DNA of 64,000 nucleotides from Catajapyx aquilonaris (lineage: Eukaryota), in NCBI GenBank assembly GCA_000934665.2, contig KZ538041.1, forward strand, positions 1 through 64,000, in the 5' to 3' direction. Positions 24,901-36,532 of the stretch are shown here, one piece after another (the stretch's first letter is position 1; each line of letters starts with the position of its first letter). The position numbers were made by a program, and so were the translations under genes. The notes beneath the pieces were generated by a model. That model saw only the letters and a program-made list of their open reading frames with translations, was not told the origin of the DNA and made no database searches.

Positions 24901-27900
24901 TTGTGTACGAAACCCACTCTAATGGGTGACATGGACAACCCCAATAATGCATTTTGCTACAATGATAAATTGCCCATAGTTCACCAATTGAAGGTGCTTC
25001 CTGCATGTCATTCCACTGCATAATGATGGATACAAAGTATTGTAGAAGAGCCAATCACATTGACTATGATTGATTGCCCACATGGCAAGACACTCACTGT
25101 GAAGTTCGTAACATTCATATGGGGTAGTTGACTTTGAACCCAGCGAAGAGTAGCCTGGTATCCAGCACCTCCTTCCCGCATGAAGTACGACAGGTACGTC
25201 ATCCCAGAGAGCTCGTCCAGATACGGCGAGGCCAGATACTCCGGCTCCAGTACCACGGGTATGTTGAATTCCCGTCTGGCCGTCTCCATGGCACGTCGAC
25301 AGTTGCCCACGCTGCGGAAAAGTGCAAAAAGGTGTTGTATGTGCAGCCAGCCCAAAACTCTCCCATTCAGAGGGGCTAATTCGCTGTGATTTCTTTCCCA
25401 ATTCCCGCCTCTCCCTTTTCCGCCATCTAACGAACCGTATCCATTTTACTTCCGACATGCAATGGTGCAGTCAAGCATTGCAGTTTCCTCCATCGCAATA
25501 CCAGTAAACTGACCTGTCTTGAGAATTGAGCTCTCTCCAGTGTGGGTTTATTCCAGGACGACAATAGTCCAAAAGTGCGCTGAGACATTTCCCACTGTTC
25601 CAATCTGTGGTGAAGTTGGACACCCTGCAGTCCGGGAGGGCCGCCTACAAAAATTACGTCATTATTACACCTGTCAACAATATGATGGGTATCATTCAAT
25701 TGTCTCCCTGTATGCCCTTTGTGGACTTGTGTGTGGGATTCACGGAGCATTCACCTTGAGCCACGCCATCATCAACTTCTTTGGAGGGAATTTGGATCTT
25801 CCAATTTGATATCGCACTATCAGTGACCAGATCAGACCCAGGATTAACTTCAGATTGCCATTGACAATGTCCACGCTTCCTGAAAATTAATTATTAGAGG
25901 TGTTGGAGTGATTCTTTAAGACAGCTAAAAATGGGCAAAGGAAAGGTCGTGACGTCACATGCTTCACCCTCCCCCAGTGTGTGTACGTGGAGGCGACAGA
26001 ATGGACCTCGCCCATTCTCTAATCCCGCCCAGTCACAATATTTCAACCCTCTTAGTTTACAGAGCAAGTCTGGAAGCTTGGATTCCAGTGCATGAATGAT
26101 TCATGCCCTTGGCAGTGAAAGACACATCAAGTTGTCTCATGTATCTGTCGTTTTCAAAGTCGGCATGTCTGACTTGACAGTAACCTTGGGTGGATACGTG
26201 ACAGATACATTTAATTGTGAATTTATATTGTTTTAAAAATTTCAGGGGGTTTCAGCCACAGTAGCTTACTTTGATAGTATGTCAAGTCAACATTTATTTA
26301 ACCTGTCCTATTTTCTATGAAATGAGGAGGAAAACATCCTGCACTACACACACATGTGAAGTGTTAAATTAAATTAACAAGTTTTCAAAACCTCTCGGCA
26401 AGTATCCAACACGAATTTACATCAATCACATAAATCACAAAGTCACCGGATTTGTGCCTCTACTTATCATTTGACATACTGTAATTTTTGCCTATTCATA
26501 ATTCATGACAGATGAAGCCGACATCTCGTGAATTTTATGCACACAGGGAAACAATTTTTACATACTCGCAAAAAAACCTTTCGGCATCCTGTTTGTTTCC
26601 ATTTCAAGGTTCGGGGCAAGGATGCCATACTCCAGTTTCATGCTCGCATCTCATCCGACATGTTGTCACGAAACCAAAGTTATTCCAAGACCGGATGTTG
26701 CTTACATCATCATATAATCAGAGGGTTTGGCCGCCCGTTATCTATACACAAGTTGGGCTAGATACTCTTAATAAATGTTGTGCGATTTGGAGACTTGAAC
26801 GCGCGAATTCGTAAGGATCATGTTGTAGGAAAAAGCCGGCGTGGGATTCATAATATGTGACGAAGGAGGTCTCTGTGCCCGTGACGCCATGCTTGGTCTG
26901 CCCCCTTGTGCATGGAAGCATCGATGCAAAGCACGCAGCCGACCAGAGAAAGAAGCTCCTTACACCCACATTCACTTCCAAGGCCAAGATGGGGCCTCCT
27001 TGCTTTTTTTTATATATATTTCTTTTTGTAATCACTTTTTTTACTGAACACTCCTACATGCATCGATCTGAGTTTGCCAAAAATATATGGCAAACTAGTG
27101 GCCATGGCAGTCATTAGCGAGAGGTTGCATGCTTAATTAACATTCCGGTGGACACGCCTGGAGGACAATACACACGTTTAATGGCGTCATCGTTGTTATT
27201 TGCAAGGGTAAAAAAATGTTACAAGGGTTCAAACTAAGAACATGCATTTTTGAGAATTTGCAGCCTAAAATCACATTATGAAACCAGAGTAACATCAAGA
27301 TATTACTAAACACCTATTGCCTCACATTTGCAATTTATGTAGGCTATAAATAAATGGGATCCCTTAGATTTTTTTTAGTAATTACTGGTCATATATCGTT
27401 ACCACACTCGTTATTCAACGTGTGTGGCGTTATATGGACGTCGTAATAAGCACTTGGATAATAGTCTGCGTGGAGAAAGATTCCGCCTGCTCGTTTGTGC
27501 ATTATGAAGCAGCAGGCAGTGAAGACTATCGTGGAGAAAAAGCGTCACGCCCGTTTCACCGCACGCTTCTAAGGGGTATCGCCCTCTTTGCTTGGCCCTC
27601 TTTTCTCTTTGACACCAGTATACACACATGAGGAAGAAGCCGTCGAGGAAGTGGAAGACAGATTTCTTTACTAGGATACCAGCCATGCTACACAGCTATT
27701 AAGTTTTTTTTCCATTTAAAAGACATAAAATGCAGACCTTGGTATTATCAGAAAATCACTTATTTTATGTCCATTACAACTATAGGATTTCCTTCATCAA
27801 CCATGCTCCGGAGTAATTATTTACACCTGTTGAATTCTCAGGATGGACACCACCTTGTAAAGTTGTGAAAGGCGTCGTGGAAAGTGATGATATATCTCCC

Positions 27901-29911
27901 ATTGATAGTGACCTTGTGAGGATGACCTTTTGCTTCTCACCTGCATGCACCTTCAGGCATGTGCCAAATGACTATGGTACCGAACGTCTCCAGTGTATTT
28001 CTCAAGGATAGCGTGTCAATTTTTGCATGATTTGTGCATAGAAACAAGAGTAGTAAATGTCACTAATCGTAAAATGGCAGAACCAGTTTACAAAAGTCGT
28101 AACGGGATAGGGAATGAACCAGAAACCGAATAGAAAACGAAAGGAGAAATCCGATCCGCCGACTTCCTTTTCGACAAATCGGATGAAAGTGTCTGAAGCT
28201 CGTTCATGTGTATCTCTACTGCACATACGGTCGCGGTATATTTTTAAGGCTTCAGATGCCTAAAATGTGGCAATAACTGGTTCTCCCACTGCTTATAGCC
28301 TACATTCGAACCTGTTTCATCTCATTCAAAATATTTCTTCGCGACGTGCCATCCAAAAACTGATATATGCACCGTTAGGTGAGCCTATTTTTGAAAGAAC
28401 CCAAGATAGAACAATATGGGAAGGGTTCATGTAACGGGTGTTTTAAACAGACATGTTGTCATAACGACCAGATAATGATTGCCTATTACGGAGTCTGCTT
28501 CTCATTTTGTACCTTATTATTGGTCTTTCCGTTATATCAAATTCCATCAATCAGTCGCATTGAAACAGTTTCTTTCTCTAATGATATTGGCTGGTGAGAC
28601 CATTGGAATAAATTCCTCTATAAGAATTTCAACTGATATTAAGCAAGTGCATGAAAGTTAATTCCAGTCTCGACAGAAATTTCTATATAATTTACGATAA
28701 GTCAAAGCCAAGAATGTGAGTTCTCGACATGAACAAAATTCCTTGTACTTTCCTGTTCCTGCAAAAACAACTCATTAATCGAGCCCCTTCAGGCATGTAG
28801 ATATCCCCAGGGCCATACGAAAAATTATCTGAGCGCAATCCTAATATTATCTGCCAACAATAGCATTTTTCGGTCTGGTGTTAATGTCCTAGTGGCACGC
28901 TCATGTTGCAAGCCCCATTTTTATTATATAGTGACCTCTTTCCCATACAAGAACCTTTCTTCTCGAAGGTTATCCGAGCACATATGACGTCACTTCCGTA
29001 CAATGCCCGAGTTTCATTCAAGAAGGTTGTTCCTCATATATTGACATATTGGCTCACCAATGTTGACCAGTTTGACCCCATCGTTTGCTATGGCTTCTAG
29101 AGCTGTGGCGACATTTTCGAGGGATTGATGCTGGTTGGCAGGCCTGGCGATGCATTTCAAACGACGCTTTTGAAGCTCCTCTACCAGGAATATGAGCCGC
29201 GTACCGTCACTGAGGTCACGGGACAGGTCACGCACCGCTTCTCCTCGGGGCCTGCCAGAAAGTGAATCACAATGAGTTTGGTAGACCACGATGTTTTTCT
29301 TTTGTGGATGAAACATGTTGGGTCAAAGGACACAATATCCTCATTTGGGTCAATTCGTATGTCATATGTTGCAGTGATTGGCTCAAGGCTGTAAAGGTGT
29401 GCCAATCACAAAGTTTCACTATTTCATTGGGCAATATCACCTGGGCCTAATGGAATAAATATCACAGAGTACAAAATTACTAATCATTGTTATAGCTATT
29501 TATAGTCCAGCAAATAGACACTTGGCTCAACATTATGAACCTTGCAAAACTAGACAGACTAGTATATGTATTTTATATAGGATTTTTAGTGGTGACATTT
29601 CCTCCCGAAGACCTTGACCATGAATTGAACAATAAGACGCATTGGAGTGGACAAACGTGGCGACGTCCATTGTTCAGACCCTGCTTCCTGGTCTTTGTTA
29701 ACCGAACACTATTAGAACCAATTGGATTAGTTAATTAGACTAGTTCGTTTTCTCACCTGAGATGTTCGTTGACCCAGTTGCGAAATGTGGCTGCTTGAAT
29801 CTCAACCCAAAGGTCTTCTTGGCCTCTGATGGCCATTCCTTTGGCCGCGTGACCTTCTGGGCTTCTGGCCACCAGGCCCATGTGAGACAGTCGAAGGTCC
29901 TCGGATGCCAT
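5597..29911 (-). CDS. jbug: Jitterbug-like filamin: 3 calponin-homology domains, many filamin Ig repeats and an S/R-rich hinge; about 41 coding exons
   Basis: ATG 29911 gives MASEDLRLSHMGLVARSPEGHAAKGMAIRGQEDLWVEIQAATFRNWVNEHL. CH motifs DLSDGTRL, IVNGNLKLILGLIWSLI, NFTTDWNSG, LDELSGMTYLSY, TDWNDG. Many Ig repeats (VDASQAGEGxLE..GSPF). Ends SWRGSQAQL* at 5597. Exons include 29911-29757, 29251-29058, 25879-25755 ... 21141-20974, 14589-14179 ... 5725-5597. Large introns ~25.9-29.06, 14.6-20.97 and 11.5-13.07 kb. Confidence 0.92.
14859..15060 (+). pseudogene. Highly degenerate non-LTR retrotransposon reverse-transcriptase fragment
   Basis: In correct order with frameshifts and deletions: VPPKKGKPPDKCNYTSI (cf. 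PKxGK..NYRPIS), QGFR..STFNA (14969), FDNQVPLHKLIKYL (15018; cf. FDxVxHxxLxxKL). Confidence 0.45.
17702..17711. promoter_or_regulatory. Perfect CArG box (SRF site) in large filamin intron
   Basis: CCTTATATGG = CC(A/T)6GG. Lies upstream (minus sense) of a CATTCC motif (17530-17535) and an otherwise unused consensus donor GG|GTAAGT at 17335. Confidence 0.5.
18788..18902. repeat. (TTA/AAT)n microsatellite
   Basis: About 115 bp of near-perfect TAT repeats; explains the poly-I/N/L ORFs in the track. Confidence 0.97.
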
Positions 29912-31254
29912 TGTTGCAAGGTGTCGTCTAGTCTTTTCAAAGCTTTGGTTCTTGTCGACTGTCTAGAAACTACATTTTGCATTTTATTATTCGAGTGTAG
30001 TCAAATTTCAGAAATATTTCAATGTTGATTACTTCTGGTATTTTTGACCGGTTTGTAATAGATTTGACATATAATCTAATATTAGACCCAATTTAATTAA
30101 GTCGTATTTTCATGCCTATTCAATCTGCGTGCATGTTGTCCACATCCATGATTAAAAATTTTGGCAACACGCATACGTTTGCATGTCCCAAAAAATATAT
30201 CTAATCCGGACCCAATTTTCGTGACTTCTCTCTAACCGAAAAAAAAACTTTCTTCCCCTTTCTCCGACCCGGAAGATATCGAAATGTGTCCAACCAGCCC
30301 ATCGAAAACTGGTTGATTGCATCACAATTTTTGTGCACATACTTCATACCGGGAGGGGTGGGAGTAAAACCAGATATAAAAAAAAACAAACGGCCATTTG
30401 CCTTTCACTTTCACCCACATAAGCACACTGCACTAATCCACTCTATTCACTACATAATTATTTTCCCGGTACCGGCACTACACTTCACTATATAAATTCC
30501 CGCGTATTTTTGATCCCCTGTTTCACTAGATGGGGGGTTGTCAAAAAAGATTTTTTTTTGAAAATTTGTTGGATATAAGGCATGGGTATAAAGGGGGCGC
30601 ACCTTTGCACAACACCTGCCGAGCATTCCTAGGCCTCTCCCGGACTGGCCGAGCTATGCCTGAAAAAGGCCACTTTCTGCCTAGCCTACCTTCATCACTC
30701 TCACACCAGAGTGCGGCAGTGACTCAACCATTTTTTAAGCTGATGATATAAATTATGTCAGACTGTTAGGACATATTCCTAGAATTATGCGGGTGGTATT
30801 ATCCTGGCAGATTTTGCATAAAAATTGACAAGGCCTGTTAGATTAATAGTGAGTGTGTCTATCTCATCAAATGACAATTATGGAGGTAATATGACACCTG
30901 GTATTTTATTTATATCGTTAAGTGTCGATATTGATAGTGTGTGGATATCTGGGCAAATTGATCTAGCAATGCCATTAAAGCTGAAGATCCTGGCAGATTA
31001 TCCGCCAACTAATTAGGTTTGCCCCATTTCTCCTCTTCCAATTACTGGCTTCTCTGTCTTGAAACACTGCCTTAATCAAATTCCTTCTTTTTTTAGTATT
31101 CTTGTGATTCCGACACTGGGATTCGAGGCAATGATATTTCCGACCAATCTCAGGAGAGAATGGTCGCGTTTCCTTTTTTCCCCCTTCCTTTCAAAGCACG
31201 CAGATCAGGCCTTGTTCTGGTAATCCGAAATCCAATCGCACCTTTTGAAGGGGG

Positions 31255-31268
31255 GTTGCCAGGGTAAC
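31255..31268. promoter_or_regulatory. RFX X-box
   Basis: GTTGCC-AG-GGTAAC matches GTNRCC(N0-3)RGYAAC; 200 bp upstream of ATG 31468. Confidence 0.6.
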
Positions 31269-31467
31269 CAACAGGGAAAGGGGGAGACACTCGTGGGCAT
31301 TAGAATTCTCCAAATGCTAAACTTGGAGAGAGAGATAGTCACGGGGAAGAAACGGATAACCTTGCCCTCTGTGAGATTGGCTCAAAAAAGAAAGAGTGGG
31401 TGAGTGAACTGGCATCGATGTCTCTTCGATTTTGGTCTAAATAGGGATTGGCTTTTGCTGGTAGGTT

Positions 31468-32991
31468 ATGATCCGAGACACTTTGCCGTCGTTGTCCGGA
31501 GAAAGAGGACGTCACCAGGGACCACAGGAAGGTCACGGTGGGACTGACATATCTGGAGGAAATAATAAGGGTAAGTAGGCTATGTGAAGTGTAATCACGG
31601 ATATACTCTCTAATGACATCTTATGTAAAATAATTATGATATTCGTAATCAAGTGTGCATGTGAAAGAACAATGCTTTTACTCGCATGTTAATTTGGGGG
31701 ATAAGCGTGTTTATGATCGCCTAAAAAGTGTCATCATTATAGCCATTTCATGTTGTCCCCCTGGCATTATGGTCGGCTAATGAGACGTTATCGTGTCTCC
31801 GAATTGTTTGACTACCTGATGTATGACAGTGATGGAACAGATAATAGATCAGCGTGATTTGCCATTTACGTACGACCATCCCTATACTGCAGACGTATTA
31901 GCTGTATGTGACCTCGAACTCGGTGATGGATTTGCAATATTTTGGTATTTCCTACCCGCTATTATGAACTGGCTGAAATTAGGCCATATATGTTTGCTAA
32001 AGAAAAACAATGAAAGTGTGAAATATTGTATGTAGGCCTATATGATGTGGTGTGTGTCACTATATCAGTGTTTGTTTAGTAGTGAGGATGCTCTCATAAG
32101 CCTTGTTTTGTGGTTATCATGGTTAGTAGTTTTTTTTGACAATTTTTCAGAATGCAAGACGACTCTTCAACCGCTAGAGCTGGATTCTGATAGGCTGCCA
32201 CTGTTGTCGGATGACGACACATGTTCTCCGATGCGCTGCGTCGACTTCGGCATCCAAGACTATTTGAGTCGCATCGTCCCACCTTCTACAGAGGTAAGTG
32301 TGCGAGTTACTATTGCTTCAAACAGTGAATTGCAATAATTCTATCCTTTTGAAGTCAGTGCCAACAGCTGAGATATATTTAATGATAACACACCTGACAG
32401 GAAGAAGAAACCGAAGAATCTGAACAGTCCTTCCCTCTAGATGTTTCTCCACCAGAGATAGAAGATCGGAACGAGTTCCATGACCTGAAATCATCATCCA
32501 TTGGTCTTTCATCTGAAGACATAACCGACAAGATGAGCTCAGATATCCCGGAGAAAATGGTGCCTTCGATTGAGGTCACAACCGAAGTCACCGTGGAACA
32601 GGAGCGGTGCTGCTGCTATTGTCACCGTGGACCTCCAGGATTGAGTCTGTTTCCTACCCCTGGAGACATGGTAGGAGATTCCTCAACTAAAGAAGATCAA
32701 GTGGCCACTGTTGTCGAGACAAACACAGAGCTGGAGGGTGACGACGTGGACGCGCCCGAAGAAGCATCGAATGAAGGACAGGGTGTACTGGATGACCAGA
32801 AGGAAGACGTGGAACCACAGGATGGTGATGATGAAGAGCTTGAACTTGAAGATGTGGACGAGCCAATCATGTCCGATTTAGAGAGACGCGCTCAGGTGTT
32901 GCGGATGAGGACTAGGTTTCAGAAACAGGACACCAACGCGTGTTTAGTGGCCCCTCCAGATTTTAGGATCCAAGGAAATAGTTGGTCGTAA
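31468..32991 (+). CDS. Uncharacterised acidic, likely disordered 278-aa protein (3 exons)
   Basis: Exons 31468-31570 (G|GTAAGT), 32151-32293 (TTTTTCAG|, GAG|GTAAGT) and 32401-32991 join in frame (837 nt). In-frame TAG just upstream of the ATG. MIRDTLPS...RCCCYCHR...E/D-rich...MSDLERRAQVLRMRTRFQKQD...SWS*. Confidence 0.72.
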
Positions 32992-33660
32992 TTGTTGGTT
33001 CCCACTCTTACTTTTATAGGATGTTAATATATGTTGTGGAGATCTAACATGTGTGTATGTCCCACATTATTAGTAGTTGGAAACGAGGCTATTCACACGT
33101 GCAGTGTAGGCTACGTAGCCTCAATTATTAACAGTAGCCGGAACCTTTTTAGAAACACTGTTAAGTGAGTAGTGTACTATAGTCTACTAGCAGTAACACT
33201 ACACGGGTGAAAAATGTAAGTATTACGTGAATAATGTAATTCATTAATGTTCATTAATGTAAACATGCCCCTAAGCGGCGACTCATTAAAAGTAAGATTG
33301 AAATTAAGTAAAGAAAATAAAGAGCAGGGGGAAAAAATGTTCAAAATCGGCGCCGTAGCTCATTAGTACCAGGAGTGGCCGGTAGATGACAGGCTAATCA
33401 GTCGCTATCAAATCCAGCTGCTGTGCTTCTTTCGGCCCTACAGCACAAGAGAGGCGCTTTTTGTACATCACTTGTTACCATCAGTTGACTGCGGATCTAC
33501 TCGTCTGATCTAAGGAATAAGGAGGGTAGGTGTCTGGCTGGCTGAACCACTGCACACTGGACCGTACCACCGATGGAGTACCACTTAGAGAAGGGGGGGA
33601 AATGGAGTAGCGTAAGGTCATTGTGTTTTTCATTTTAGAACAGCTGCACCAGGCCGCAGG

Positions 33661-35521
33661 ATGGCCTCCCTTCACCAGGAGCGTGAACTGGACATGAGCA
33701 ATGCCAGTAGAGGCGTGTGGTTGGTGAAGGTTCCCAAGTACATCTCCAACAGGTGGGAGAAGGCTCCTGGGAATATCGAGGTTGGACGACTCAAGATCGT
33801 CAAGGCTGCGGGACAGAAGCCGCAGGTCAGCTTTGCCTGCTCGGAGGCCATCATGTGCCTGCAGGAGAAGGGAGAGGAGTCCATCCCCAAGGAGCACAAG
33901 TTTATCGTCAACCACATTGCCTCGCAGGCACTTGGGGTCTTCTCACATTCTGGTATGTGCACTGAGCTTATTCAAGGAAATGTTTGTGAAAAAACTTCTT
34001 TTATCGTCAGACATCACTGCATGTCCCAAAAAATGGGGTGCCAGGTATTGCCTTGTTACCTCACGTGACCAAATGCAATAATTCTTGAGCACTGGTTAGG
34101 TACTCGCAGAAATAAGGCAAAAGGGAGAACCGAGTGCTGACTCAGGCTGGGCAGAGTTCTTGACATTGGCATTGTCCCTGGTGACGATGTCCAGCAGGAG
34201 ATGGTTGTAGGCAGGAAAGTCTTCTTATTGCTGAGTTCTTGACTCACCAAGACTTTCACACTGCTGCCATGCAGGAGCTGAACTCTTCTTGAGTCACGTA
34301 AAACAGGTTTACTATGCATGTGAGCACAAAATACAGGTGTGATTTTTCATCCTTTATTAGTTCCTTTCATTTGTAAGAAGCATTCGATGAAATCTTTCCA
34401 GTAACAAATTTGGAAGTTTCCTTATAATACCAGGAGGAATAGGAGTTTTAGCCATAGAAATGAAACAAGGAAGTACGAAATTTAGTTATAACCTCAAAGA
34501 TTTTACAATGGTGCGGTACTTATGAGTCACTTTTTTCCATGCTTGCAGATAAATTGTGTGTGTTTGTCATTAGCTTGGTTCATCTATTTAAAAATATCTC
34601 TTGCTTACAGCGAGTAATTCAGATGCAGTGGTTCCAGAACCTGAAAAACTGATGATGGAAGGGAAGGTGGTGCAAAAGGTGGAGTGCCGGCCACTTGGTA
34701 TGTAGCAATGAAATTAGCATTACAGTGATTTTTCTCTGAAAGCATATTCAGGTGTTGTAGAATTGCTGCTTTAGGCTTCTTTAGGCTCTTTATGAATGAG
34801 TGTGACCTATGCTTCCAGAGTTACAGAGTAGAAAATTACTGGTCATTATTAAAGTCCCATGACATTAACTAACTCTTCCAGTCTGGCTTAATCAGGCAAC
34901 ATATTTTGATCAAATGGGCCTAATATTTTGTACGTACTTATTAGGAATTTACAGAATTTTGTTTTGCAGGTGACATGTCATACATGAGGCTGAAAAAGGA
35001 GAGCATAAGAAAGGCATCTCAACCGCAGAGGCAGGTGCAGCAACTTGCCCGAGTTGTGCAGACCTACAAACCAGTCTCGAATCATCAGCATAATGTAAGC
35101 TACACTACTGACAATAGCTGGTGTATTCCATCACTGCTTTGGAAGGACACCTTCTTGCAAATAATCATATTTTGATATAGTTATAGCTTAACGGGGGTAT
35201 CAGCCACAATTTGTAGCTGATGTGGCAGAAAATTATATTAAGTTGAATGATAGATATTACAGCTAGTCATTGTCCGTAAAGTATGTCATGCCCATTTTTG
35301 TCTCCTTAGTTCCCCCCTACTCCATTCTCTGCTCAACATTTATTCAGATGTAGATCCTCTTACAAAAGGAATTCCATAATGCTGCCAAACCACATGCAAG
35401 CACCATATCTAATTTTTTCCCCACTTGTTTTTGGATTTATAAATTGCACTTACAAAACAAGATCCTGTTGTTAGAATATGTACTTGAAGCGTGTACATTA
35501 AACATAATTATTAGCACCAAC

Positions 35522-35581
<60 letters not shown>

Positions 35582-36532
35582 CTGGGGTAATGTGCTTTCG
35601 CCCCCACCTGGGGGCAGCTTGCACGGACCTTTATTTGAAGTGGTACATGGAGCCTGTTCATTTGAAATGCCCGGGCCCGCGGGCAGGATGACAGGAGGGG
35701 ATGTGCAAGGTGCAGTGCAATGTCTTAATGTGGCCATTTTTAGTGAACTCCCCCGGGTGGTTTAGTCTGTTGGAAATACGACCCAAGACGAACCCAGAGG
35801 TGACCCTGAACTCTGCACGAGATGAAGGGGGTGTCCCCGGGTTGGGATCGAACCCAGGACCTTAACATCCGTGGGTGCATACGTTACCGCAGCACCACTC
35901 CGCCTCCCCTATTAGCACCAACATGAATAGTGTGGCTTTGAATATCATGGCAGCACTTGCCACGGTATTTTATAATTTTTGGGCATGACATTCCAATCAG
36001 TCAGAAGCCTTCCCTGCACCCATGCCACTGTCCATAACATTGGCATCAAACCCCCTCGACTCACTACCCGAGTGATATATGTAGTACACTATGAATAACC
36101 CTCTTCTGCTAAAAGGGGCTTATTCCAATTGGTGGAATTTTTGTTGTCAGGTTGTGAGACTACTACTGGTAATTGCTTGATAAATTGGCAGATTGAGTAT
36201 GAAGAACGGAAGAAGTCAGAGGGAAAGAAAGCTCGTGATGACAAGGACAAGGTTCAAGAGGTTCTCTTTGCTGCCTTTGAGAAGCATCAGTACTACAACA
36301 TCAAGGATCTTGTCAAAATCACCAATCAGCCTATTGTAAGCCTTCACATTTCTTCCTCTGACCTTATATATAGGCTATGTATTAATATGTTTCTCTTTAA
36401 TTTTTATTGCAGACATACCTAAAAGAGATCTTGAAAGAAGTCTGTAGTTATAACATCAAAAATCCACACAAAAATATGTGGGAACTGAAGCCAGAATATC
36501 GGCACTACAAGGAGAAACCACCCCAGGAATGA
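33661..36532 (+). CDS. GTF2F2: General transcription factor IIF subunit 2 (RAP30/TFIIF-beta)
   Basis: Exons 33661-33952, 34611-34697, 34970-35094, 36192-36335, 36413-36532. Motifs GVWLVKVPKYISNRW, IPKEHKF, EGKVVQKVECRP, LFAAFEKHQYYNIKDLVKITNQP, KNPHKNMWELKPEYRHY. AATAAA ~36899. Confidence 0.96.
35524..35909 (-). mobile_element. Full-length tRNA-derived SINE with (TAT)n tail
   Basis: Minus-strand head GGGGAGGCGGAGTGGTGCTGCGGT (A-box-like) ... GGTTCGATCCC (B box); (TAT)n tail at 35524-35580; perfect 15-bp TSD TATTAGCACCAACAT at 35509-35523 and 35910-35924. Confidence 0.9.

Noticed and set aside
35830..35909. tRNA gene
   Set aside because: A/B boxes are present, but there is no full cloverleaf and it is the head of a SINE with tail and TSD.
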